The position numbers were made by a program, and so were the translations under genes. Source: an uncultured Candidatus Saccharibacteria bacterium (lineage in GTDB: Bacteria; Patescibacteriota; Minisyncoccia; Minisyncoccales; GWA2-38-27). From it: a DNA stretch of 45,409 bases. Under the pieces are notes generated by a model that was given only the letters and a program-made list of their open reading frames with translations, did no database searches and was not told where the DNA came from. Below are positions 9,618 through 17,349 of this stretch, piece by piece; position 1 is the stretch's first letter, and each line of letters starts with the position of its first letter. The stretch lies in contig CAYXZK010000005.1 of the NCBI GenBank assembly GCA_964469955.1, positions 1-45,409 on the forward strand, given 5' to 3'.

Positions 9618-10865
9618 CTAAGGAATAAAAACCCTTAAAACTCTTTTAAGCTTGTCTTTTATGCCCCCCGGAGCCCAGACTGACCCTTCTTCGCCTTCTA
9701 TTTCGTCCGCTTCTAAAACTAAACCATAAAGCGTTGACAACGCTGGATCCTCTTGAAACGCAGGGATTTCTTTTGAAATTCCTATTCTGCAAGGTAATTT
9801 TAGTTCTTTTTTCGTTAGTCCTATAATTCCCGGCATTTTTGCGCCGCCGCCTGTTAAAATTATACCTGCTGGGAGCAATCCTTGACGCGCTATTTTTTTT
9901 AAATCTTTATTCGCTAAATCAAAAATATCAGATACCCTAGCTTCAATAATTTCGGTTAATTTTTTGGTTGAAAGAACAAGTTCTTCATTTTCGTCCCCTA
10001 TTTCAATCTCTTTACGAAAAGGTTTAATTTTTATTTTTTTATCAATTCTTTTAGTTTTGCCCAAAGCGTTAAAACAGCTTCCAAATTCTATTTTAATCTT
10101 TTCGGCAGTATCAATGTCTGTCTTAAGGCAAGTGGCCAAATCGTCCGTAATATGGCCGGAACCAATTGGAAAAACAGATGAATGAATCAACATTCCTTCT
10201 TCAAACACAGCCATATCAGTAGTTCTGGCCCCAATATCTAAAACGCAAACCCCTAATTCCCCTTCTCTGGCAGAGATTACCGCGCGCGAACTCGCTAACG
10301 GAGACGGAATTAATTTGTGAAATTTAACACCCGTATCTGCAATTGCTTGAGTAGAATTTCTTAAATAAGGTGCAAATCCACACAAAACCAAGATAGACGC
10401 TTCTAACCTTACGCCATGCATACCAACAGCGTCTTTGACTCCTCCTTCTCCGTCAATAATAAATTCTTTCGGAAAAATATCTATGATTTGTTTATTCGGA
10501 GGCAAAGAAAATGTTTCTGCGGCTCGCAACGCTCTATCAACATCTTCTTCTGAAATGTTTTGATCCGCGCGCGAAACAGAAATCAATCCCCTAGAGGATG
10601 TGCAAAATATGTGACTTCCTCCAACGCTTGCGTAAATCTCGTTTATTTTTTTTCCTGATCCTTCTTCAGCTTTTTTAATTAAAGATGAAACAATTTCTGA
10701 AACTTTTAAAATATCGACAACAACCCCTTTTCTAACACCGAAAGAGGGTTCCGCGCCTTGCCATAAAATTTCAAAACCCGAACCATTGGTTTTTTTAAGA
10801 ACAGAAAGAATTTTTATAGATCCTGAACCAATATCCAAAACAGTAATAATTTTAGATTTTGACAT
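9618..10865 (-). CDS. ftsA: Cell division protein FtsA
   Basis: LDIGSGSI, GVRKGVV, LDIGARTT, LTGGGAKMPG; C-terminal amphipathic helix; upstream of ftsZ. Confidence 0.95.
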   Translation of the reverse strand: MSKSKIITVLDIGSGSIKILSVLKKTNGSGFEILWQGAEPSFGVRKGVVVDILKVSEIVSSLIKKAEEGSGKKINEIYASVGGSHIFCTSSRGLISVSRADQNISEEDVDRALRAAETFSLPPNKQIIDIFPKEFIIDGEGGVKDAVGMHGVRLEASILVLCGFAPYLRNSTQAIADTGVKFHKLIPSPLASSRAVISAREGELGVCVLDIGARTTDMAVFEEGMLIHSSVFPIGSGHITDDLATCLKTDIDTAEKIKIEFGSCFNALGKTKRIDKKIKIKPFRKEIEIGDENEELVLSTKKLTEIIEARVSDIFDLANKDLKKIARQGLLPAGIILTGGGAKMPGIIGLTKKELKLPCRIGISKEIPAFQEDPALSTLYGLVLEADEIEGEEGSVWAPGGIKDKLKRVLRVFIP

Positions 10866-10899
10866 ATTTATAGTTTAAGGATAATCGCTAGTTAATAAG

Positions 10900-10962
10900 C
10901 ATTAATCAGTGGCCAGTAATTAGTGATCAGTGATTATTAATCATTGACCAGTGACCAATAAG
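10900..10962. repeat. Degenerate heptamer tandem repeat
   Basis: CATTAAT CAGTGGC CAGTAAT TAGTGAT CAGTGAT TATTAAT CATTGAC CAGTGAC CAATAAG. Confidence 0.85.
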
Positions 10963-10985
10963 CGCTAATTAAGGCTGAAAATATT

Positions 10986-11420
10986 TTAAATTGAAGAAAG
11001 ATAAAATTGTTCTTTTTCTCTCATTTTTTCCGCTTCAGCTTCTGATTCCTCGTGAACATATCCCAAAAGATGCAAAACTCCATGTATTAAAACCCAAGAC
11101 AGTTCTTTTTTGAATTCTAAATTATTTCTTTTCGCGTTTTTTTTAACTTCTCTCAAGCAAATAACTATTTCTCCTAATTCTTCTTGAGCGCTAATTTTTT
11201 GCGCAAAATCAATTTGCGGATTTTTGCCAAAAGAAAGAACATCTGTAGCTCGATTTTTATTACGATATTTCTTATTTAATTTCCTAATTCTTGCTTTTCC
11301 AACCAGAACGATAGATAGATAAAAATCTTTCTTATTTTCTCCTTTAAGAACGATTTCCGCGACATTTTTCAAAAATTCTTCGTCAACAGAATTTGTGGTT
11401 AGGTTGTTAATTTCAATCAT
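10986..11420 (-). CDS. ybeY: rRNA maturation metalloprotein YbeY
   Basis: LNKKYRNKNRATDVLSF, LGEIVI, HGVLHLLGYVH. Confidence 0.95.
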   Translation of the reverse strand: MIEINNLTTNSVDEEFLKNVAEIVLKGENKKDFYLSIVLVGKARIRKLNKKYRNKNRATDVLSFGKNPQIDFAQKISAQEELGEIVICLREVKKNAKRNNLEFKKELSWVLIHGVLHLLGYVHEESEAEAEKMREKEQFYLSSI

Positions 11421-11447
11421 TTTTTTCGGTTCACTAAAAACAAACCG

Positions 11448-12230
11448 TTATAATACTGCTTCTGTTTTAGGTTCTTCTCTGTTTTCTACGTTTATTTCTT
11501 TTAACTTTTCGTAGATTAAAAAGTAAAAAACTAAATTAAAGGGAACAATAAGCATATTAAGAAATATTCCGAAAAAAGGAATAACTCCAAGAATCAATGT
11601 CGCTGTTAAGATAATAACATTAAAAACAAAAAATTTCCAAAAAACAGACCACCAGCGCCCTTTTACTAACTGCTTGCTTCTTGCTAAAGCTTTTTTTCCT
11701 TTCTTATCTTCTGAAATAAAAACAATCAGCGCTAAGCTAAACCAAACACTCATAATTATCCCGGGGATTATAAAAAGTATAAATCCGCCAAGGGTAATTA
11801 CGCCCACCAAGAAAGAAATCCAGAGATAAGAGAGGATCTTATGCCTTGCCAGCGCGAACAATTCTTTAACTTTAATTTGCGTTTCTCTTTCTTTGATTGC
11901 AATAAGCAAAGAAACGTTAATCAACAAATTAACAATAAGTATAGCAAGAAAAGAGAGAATAAAAATTAAAAGCAATCCAATTATAAAAGAAACAGATAAA
12001 GAGCTTAATAAGTCGTCGCCTAAAGATAAAAAACTTAAACCCAAAACAGAAAGGATTAAGGGGAAACCCATTGCAACCAAAGGAACAAATAAAAGAATAA
12101 GCGTTAAGACAAGAAAGGTTTTTATTTTATTCTTATAAATCGAAAGAGCTTCTTTCAGCAAGCTCCAGACACTTGGTAAAGAATAAGCATTCTGTGTAGA
12201 AGGGAATTGCGTTAATTTTTCGTCATTCAT
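11448..12230 (-). CDS. Polytopic membrane protein (DUF975/GDPD membrane domain-like)
   Basis: Several TM helices; 'LFIIPGII...ALARSKQLVKGRWW' pattern. Confidence 0.65.
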   Translation of the reverse strand: MNDEKLTQFPSTQNAYSLPSVWSLLKEALSIYKNKIKTFLVLTLILLFVPLVAMGFPLILSVLGLSFLSLGDDLLSSLSVSFIIGLLLIFILSFLAILIVNLLINVSLLIAIKERETQIKVKELFALARHKILSYLWISFLVGVITLGGFILFIIPGIIMSVWFSLALIVFISEDKKGKKALARSKQLVKGRWWSVFWKFFVFNVIILTATLILGVIPFFGIFLNMLIVPFNLVFYFLIYEKLKEINVENREEPKTEAVL

Positions 12231-12237
12231 ATTAAAT

Positions 12238-12293
12238 TAATGATTAGTGATAATTGATAATTGATAATTGATTAATAATTAATGCTAATTGAT
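12238..12293. repeat. Degenerate heptamer tandem repeat
   Basis: TAATGAT TAGTGAT AATTGAT AATTGAT AATTGAT TAATAAT TAATGCT AATTGAT. Confidence 0.85.
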
Positions 12294-12297
12294 TAGT

Positions 12298-12798
12298 TCA
12301 CTGGCGTGACAACAAGTCTTTGGCTATTCTGCCTACAATCCCTGCTTCAGCTTTTCCAGCGACTTCTGCCATTGTTTTTTTAATAACAAGACCAATATCT
12401 TTAAGCGTATTGGCATTGGTTTCTATTATTTTCTGTGTAACGACCCTTTTAATCTCTTCTTCAGAAATTTGTTCTGGTAAATATTTCTCTAAAATTTTAA
12501 CTTCGTTTTCTTCTTGCGTTGCCAATTCTGGGCGATTGCCTTTTTTAAATTCTAAAACCGCTTCTTTCCTTTTTTTAATTTCATAAAAAAGAAGTTGAAT
12601 TATCTCTTGGTCGCTCAAAGCAAACTTCTCTTTTAGCTCCTCTTCGCTCACGTTAGGTTCCATTTTAATAATTTTGTATCTTTTCTCTTTCTCTTTGTTT
12701 AAAATAGACGCCAAAACAAGCCTTAAAACAGAACGCTCTTCTCCGTTCTTTCCTTTAATGGCTTTATTAAGATCTTCTTGAATTTCTTGTTTTAGCAT
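12298..12798 (-). CDS. yqeY: GatB/YqeY domain protein
   Basis: 'EIKKRKEAV..F.KGNRPELA..E..E..IL.KYLPEQ'; follows rpsU. Confidence 0.92.
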   Translation of the reverse strand: MLKQEIQEDLNKAIKGKNGEERSVLRLVLASILNKEKEKRYKIIKMEPNVSEEELKEKFALSDQEIIQLLFYEIKKRKEAVLEFKKGNRPELATQEENEVKILEKYLPEQISEEEIKRVVTQKIIETNANTLKDIGLVIKKTMAEVAGKAEAGIVGRIAKDLLSRQ

Positions 12799-13021
12799 AC
12801 TCTTGTTTTATTTTTCCTGTTTTCTCAAGTTCTTTGTATTTTTGCGTTAATTCTTCTCTTCTTAAAGCAGTTCTTTTTTTCATTTGGTTGCTTTCTGGTC
12901 TCTTCTTGTAACGGATTTTTCTGGCTTGCAATAAAATTCCACTTCGTTTTATTCTTTTCGAAAAACGGCGGATTAAATTTTGAGATGTTTCTTTGTCTTG
13001 TTTTTGAATTTCGAGTGCCAT
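12767..13021 (-). CDS. rpsU: 30S ribosomal protein bS21
   Basis: Small basic protein 'ETSQNLIRRFSKRIKRSGIL'; conserved HIT-rpsU-yqeY order. Confidence 0.8.
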   Translation of the reverse strand: MALEIQKQDKETSQNLIRRFSKRIKRSGILLQARKIRYKKRPESNQMKKRTALRREELTQKYKELEKTGKIKQEYAKTRNSRRS

Positions 13022-13038
13022 AAATTGTATTTAACAAA

Positions 13039-13107
13039 CATTGAACAATGAACGACAGAAATGAACAATGAACAATGATTGGTCGTTAATGGTTAATAAT
13101 TAATGGT
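13039..13107. repeat. Degenerate heptamer tandem repeat
   Basis: CATTGAA CAATGAA ... CAATGAA CAATGAT TGGTCGT TAATGGT TAATAAT TAATGGT. Confidence 0.75.
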
Positions 13108-13429
13108 TTGGTTTTTTGCTAATTAAGTGCAAATGCAAATGATCTATTATCTGCCCCCCTCCTCTTCCAACATTAATTGTCAGTTTATAGTTCTGCTGTA
13201 TTTTCTTTTCCTTTGCTATTTTCTTGGCAACTAAAAACATTTCTCCGATTAATTCTTTATCCTGATCTTCAAGATGATCTATTGAAGCAATGTGTTTCTT
13301 GGGAATAATCAAAATATGAATTGAAGCCATTGGGGCAATGTCTTTAAAAGCAAGAATAGTATCATCCTCATAAACGATATGAGCGCTTTTTTCTTTTTTC
13401 GCAATTTCACAAAAAATACAATTCTCCAT
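13100..13429 (-). CDS. Histidine triad (HIT) nucleotide-binding protein
   Basis: CIFCEI, HILIIPKKH, GQIIDHLHLHLI; ATG at 13429 preferred. Confidence 0.95.
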   Translation of the reverse strand: MENCIFCEIAKKEKSAHIVYEDDTILAFKDIAPMASIHILIIPKKHIASIDHLEDQDKELIGEMFLVAKKIAKEKKIQQNYKLTINVGRGGGQIIDHLHLHLISKKPNH

Positions 13430-13452
13430 AGTGTTCAAATATTATTTATATA

Positions 13453-14736
13453 TTATAACGACGATTTTCTAATTTTTTTCTTCATCTCTTTCGCAACTTC
13501 GCTTAATTCCGTTGTTTCCTGCTTGCCCGTATCCATATTTCTAATTATAATCTTGTCCTGAACAGCTTCCTGTTGACCAAGAATCAAGGTATATTTCGCC
13601 CCAATCCTGTTGGCTCTATTTAATTGAACCTTTAAAGAATCCTTGCCAAAAGACTCTGCGACTTTTAAACCTGTCTTTCTAAAATCCTCAAGTAGTTTTA
13701 AGCTTTTTTTCTTCGCTAAGGCACCTAATTGAGATAAAAATATATCTGGTTGAGAAGAACCAGAAAGTTTTATCTCTTGAGTTTTCATCAAATTTACGAT
13801 TCTTTCTACTCCAGCAGCTCCACCGCAAGCGGGAGTATCTTTTCCTCTCAAAAGTTTTACCAAATTATCATATCTTCCTCCTCCCAGCAAAGAGTTTTTA
13901 GAACCTTGGCTGTTTTCAAAAATTTCAAAAACAGTCCTAGTATAGTAATCCAAACCTCTTACCAGATAAGGATTAAGACTATATGGTATTTCAATTTCGT
14001 CCATAAACTCTAAAACCTCTTTAAAGTGTTTATGACATTCTTCGCAAAGATGGTCAATGATTTGCGGAGATTCTTTTATGATTTCTTGACATTTTTCTTT
14101 TTTGCAATCCAAAACCCTAAGAACGTTTTCTTTAATTCTTTTTTTACAATCGGCACACAAAAAATTTTTCTTCGGTTTTAAGTAATTTCTTAAAAGTTTT
14201 TTATAATACGAACGACATTTTTCATCTCCGATGCTATTAACTTCTACTGTTAAATCTTTTAACTTAAGCTCCTTTAAAACATTATAGAAAATTTGAATAA
14301 TTTGAGCGTCTATTACAGCGCTTTTTTCTCCGAAAATTTCAAATCCAAATTGCCAAAACTGCCTATATCTATCTGCTTGAGGATGTTCATAGCGAAAAAA
14401 TGGACCAAAATACCAAAGTTTTAATGGTTGCGGCCTGACATTCATCCCGTTTTCGATATAAGCCCTAACGACCGACGCTGTCCCCTCTGGCCTAAGACAG
14501 AGATTATCTCCTCCTTTTGTTTTGAAACTATACATTTGTTTCTGCACAATATCTGTTGCCAAGCCAACTCCTCCAGAAAAAAGTTCTTGATCTTCAAGAA
14601 TCGGAGTATCAATTTTTCCAAATCCATAAAAATCAGCAATATCTGAAACTACGGCATAAATTTTCTTAAAGTATTTTTGATTTTCTGGTAAAATATCATG
14701 CATTCCTGTAGGAGCCTGAAATTTAGGTTTTTTCAT
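13453..14736 (-). CDS. hisS: Histidine--tRNA ligase
   Basis: LRPEGTA, FRYEHPQADRYRQF, LVRGLDYY, GGGRYD. Confidence 0.98.
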   Translation of the reverse strand: MKKPKFQAPTGMHDILPENQKYFKKIYAVVSDIADFYGFGKIDTPILEDQELFSGGVGLATDIVQKQMYSFKTKGGDNLCLRPEGTASVVRAYIENGMNVRPQPLKLWYFGPFFRYEHPQADRYRQFWQFGFEIFGEKSAVIDAQIIQIFYNVLKELKLKDLTVEVNSIGDEKCRSYYKKLLRNYLKPKKNFLCADCKKRIKENVLRVLDCKKEKCQEIIKESPQIIDHLCEECHKHFKEVLEFMDEIEIPYSLNPYLVRGLDYYTRTVFEIFENSQGSKNSLLGGGRYDNLVKLLRGKDTPACGGAAGVERIVNLMKTQEIKLSGSSQPDIFLSQLGALAKKKSLKLLEDFRKTGLKVAESFGKDSLKVQLNRANRIGAKYTLILGQQEAVQDKIIIRNMDTGKQETTELSEVAKEMKKKIRKSSL

Positions 14737-14768
14737 ATATAATATAAAAATAATTAGCCAATTTGTTA

Positions 14769-15329
14769 TTAATAAGACGGCGTTTCAAACTTTTTTATGT
14801 CGTTTATGGGCCAAGCCCTTAAGAAAACCTTGCCAATAATCTCTTCTTCGTTTAAAACCCCGAACACCCTAGAATCTTTAGAAAAAGACCGGTTATCTCC
14901 TAAAACAAAATATTCGCCTTTATTAAGAGTTACCGAAATATCTCCAGATGTTCTCAAGAAAAGGGAGAGATAATCAGATTCGTCTAAAATTTGTTTTTGG
15001 CCATCTTTATAAATTGTAATTTTTCCTTCTTTGATTTCAATCGTTTCTTCGGGCAAACCAATAATTCTTTTGATTAAACGGCTTTTAGCAAATCCGCTAA
15101 TAGATTTTTCTGTATGGTTAAAAACGACAATATCTCCTCTCGCAGGACTTTTAAAACGATAAGAAAGCTCGTCAACAATTAAATAATCACCATCTTCAAA
15201 ATTAGGACTCATTGATTCGCCTTTAACTAAAAATGGCTGGAATAAAAAATATCTAATCGGAATTACGATTGCTAAAGCTATAACAGCTATTTTAAAAATC
15301 TCCCAAGTAAAAAATAATATTTTTTTCAT
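14769..15329 (-). CDS. lepB: Signal peptidase I
   Basis: GESMSP, LIKRIIGLP, GDNRSFSKDSR. Confidence 0.96.
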   Translation of the reverse strand: MKKILFFTWEIFKIAVIALAIVIPIRYFLFQPFLVKGESMSPNFEDGDYLIVDELSYRFKSPARGDIVVFNHTEKSISGFAKSRLIKRIIGLPEETIEIKEGKITIYKDGQKQILDESDYLSLFLRTSGDISVTLNKGEYFVLGDNRSFSKDSRVFGVLNEEEIIGKVFLRAWPINDIKKFETPSY

Positions 15330-15376
15330 AATATTTCGTATATTCTAACAAGTTTTTTCTCTTTTAGCAAGAGAAG

Positions 15377-15385
15377 TGATATAAT
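15377..15385 (+). promoter_or_regulatory. Extended -10 sigma70 promoter upstream of the candidate ncRNA
   Basis: TG-A-TATAAT at 15377-15385. Confidence 0.6.
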
Positions 15386-15420
15386 AAATTAACGAACAAT
15401 GAACAATAAAAAATCTTTAT

Positions 15421-15604
15421 ATGTTTAAATACTGATATGTATGGTAAGCAATGTTTTCAGATAACTTTCGCTTAGTAACTAAGCATGGTTCCCGCCCTAT
15501 GGCGGGATTAGTCGCCAAAAATGTAGCTAATCAAACCGCGCAGGGGTTTGAACTAGCAACAGCTGAAAATATTGTTTACCACATATGTATAAATATTTAA
15601 ATGT
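15421..15604 (+). ncRNA. Candidate structured non-coding RNA of unknown family (6S-like size)
   Basis: 19-bp closing stem 15442-15460/15563-15581, several internal hairpins and a perfect 4-way junction; the wobble pairs are G-U only on the + strand. Confidence 0.65.
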
Positions 15605-15619
15605 TAATATAATTATATT

Positions 15620-16216
15620 ATGATTTTAATTGTTGGACTCGGTAATCCGGGTGAAAAATACAAAAAAACAAGACATAATATTGGATTTCAAGTTATTGAT
15701 GAGTTTTCAAAAAGGAATAACTTCCCTGAATTTGAAACGTCTCAAAAATTTCAAGCTTTGTTTTCTGAAAAAGCGCTTTTCCGCAAAAAAACAATAATTG
15801 TAAAGCCGCAAACATTTATGAATGAATCTGGAAAAGCAATTAGGAAAATAATCAGCTTTAAATTGCCAGTCGTTAACAAAGCCGCGATTAATAAATTTTC
15901 AAACGAAAACCTAATAATTATCCATGACGATATAGATATTTCGCTTGGCAAAATCCGAATTGCGCAAGACAGGAATTCCGCTGGACACAAAGGCATAGAA
16001 TCTATCATAAAAGAGATTGGAACAAAAAATTTCACAAGATTTAGGGTTGGCATTCGCCCCGAAGCTGTTAGCGACTTCGGAGTTGAAAAATTCGTTATCC
16101 AAAAATTTAACGAAAATGAAAAAGAAATTATAGAAGGCGTGATCAAAAAAACAATTGACGCATTAGAGACATATTTAAAACAAGGAATTGAAAAGGCAAT
16201 GGATAAATATAATTAA
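15620..16216 (+). CDS. pth: Peptidyl-tRNA hydrolase
   Basis: IVGLGNPG, TRHNIG, KPQTFMNESG, HDDID, SAGHKG. Confidence 0.97.
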   Translation: MILIVGLGNPGEKYKKTRHNIGFQVIDEFSKRNNFPEFETSQKFQALFSEKALFRKKTIIVKPQTFMNESGKAIRKIISFKLPVVNKAAINKFSNENLIIIHDDIDISLGKIRIAQDRNSAGHKGIESIIKEIGTKNFTRFRVGIRPEAVSDFGVEKFVIQKFNENEKEIIEGVIKKTIDALETYLKQGIEKAMDKYN

Positions 16217-16229
16217 AGATTAAAGGAGG

Positions 16230-17114
16230 ATGCAGGCAGACATAAACAGAATAACAATAGAAAATAATAATTATCCAAAATTATTAAAGAAAATAAAAAA
16301 AGCGCCCCAAACGCTTTATTTTAAAGGAAAAATATATCCAAACGAAACCTGCTTCGCAATTGTTGGCACAAGAAGATTCTCTGCTTATGGTAAAGAAACA
16401 ACCATAAAAATAACTCAAGGATTATTAAAGTCTAATCTCACTATTGTGAGCGGCTTAGCTCCAGGAATTGATACTTACGCGCATACGACAGCGGTTAAAG
16501 AAAAAAAAAGAACAATCGCGGTTCTTGGAACCGGTTTAGACAAAAAAAGCATCTATCCAAAAGAAAATATCCAACTATCTGAAGAAATACTCAAAACAGG
16601 CGGCTGTCTTATGTCAGAATACCCTCCCGGAACCTCTGGCACGCGCTTTACTTTTCCTGAAAGAAATCGTATCATTTCAGGGTTATCACAAGGAGTTTTA
16701 GTAGTTGAAGCTAAAATTAAAAGTGGTTCTTTAATCACAGCCAATTATGGATTTTCTCAAAACAGAAAAATATTTGCGATACCAGGCTCTATTTACGCCT
16801 TAAATTCTCAAGGCCCTCATTTTCTAATCAAAAAAGGGGCTAAATTAGTTGACAACGCTAATGATATTTTGCAAGAATTAAACCTACCAAGCTTAGAACG
16901 AATTCAAAGCGAGACGCAAAAAGCCGAAAACCTTGAGCAAAGATTGATATTAAATGCCTTGCAACAAGAAGCATTAGAGATTGATAAGATTATTGAAAAA
17001 ACAAAATTAAGTCCAGCCACAACGGCAAGCGCGCTTATAGTTTTAGAAATGAAGGGAAAAATTAAAAATCTAGGCGGAAATACATACACGCTCTGGCAAA
17101 GTAATGAACAATGA
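16230..17114 (+). CDS. dprA: DNA-processing protein DprA
   Basis: AIVGTR, VSGLAPGID, FPERNRIISGLS, VVEA..KSGSLITA; C-terminal winged helix. Confidence 0.96.
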   Translation: MQADINRITIENNNYPKLLKKIKKAPQTLYFKGKIYPNETCFAIVGTRRFSAYGKETTIKITQGLLKSNLTIVSGLAPGIDTYAHTTAVKEKKRTIAVLGTGLDKKSIYPKENIQLSEEILKTGGCLMSEYPPGTSGTRFTFPERNRIISGLSQGVLVVEAKIKSGSLITANYGFSQNRKIFAIPGSIYALNSQGPHFLIKKGAKLVDNANDILQELNLPSLERIQSETQKAENLEQRLILNALQQEALEIDKIIEKTKLSPATTASALIVLEMKGKIKNLGGNTYTLWQSNEQ

Positions 17115-17143
17115 ACAATGAACAATGAATAATGATCAGTTAT
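17102..17143. repeat. Heptamer tandem repeat overlapping the dprA stop
   Basis: TAATGAA CAATGAA CAATGAA CAATGAA TAATGAT CAGTTAT. Confidence 0.85.
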
Positions 17144-17207
17144 CCCGTCTTCGCTCCGCCAAAGCCCTGGCAAAGACGAGCTTTGCTAAAGCTACGGCGT
17201 GGCAAGC
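17144..17207. mobile_element. GC-rich palindromic miniature element flanked by an 11-bp direct repeat
   Basis: Imperfect inverted repeat CGCCAAAGCCCTGGCAAAG / CTTTGCTAAAGCTACGGCG; AATGATCAGTT at 17131-17141 and 17208-17218. Confidence 0.55.
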
Positions 17208-17217
17208 AATGATCAGT

Positions 17218-17325
17218 TCTGTAAGAATCTGTAAGAGTCAGAATCTGTAGGAGTCAGACTCCTACAGAGACAATTCCCCTCTTAAAAACCTTGTGTAGGA
17301 GTCAGACTCCTACAAAACTCCTACA
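17218..17325. repeat. GTAG-type REP-like palindromes
   Basis: TGTAGGAGTCAGACTCCTACA at 17246-17266 and 17294-17314, plus partial copies. Confidence 0.8.
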
Positions 17326-17349
17326 AAATGTTAAAAATTATACATAATT

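Noticed and set aside
15399-15428. Mini-ORF MNNKKSLYV as a leader peptide
   Set aside because: It starts within a heptamer repeat, has no SD and no informative codon bias.
17218-17325. Possible mini-CRISPR array (two 21-nt repeats with a 27-nt spacer)
   Set aside because: Only two copies, fully palindromic and short, with no cas genes or leader; REP-like is a better fit.
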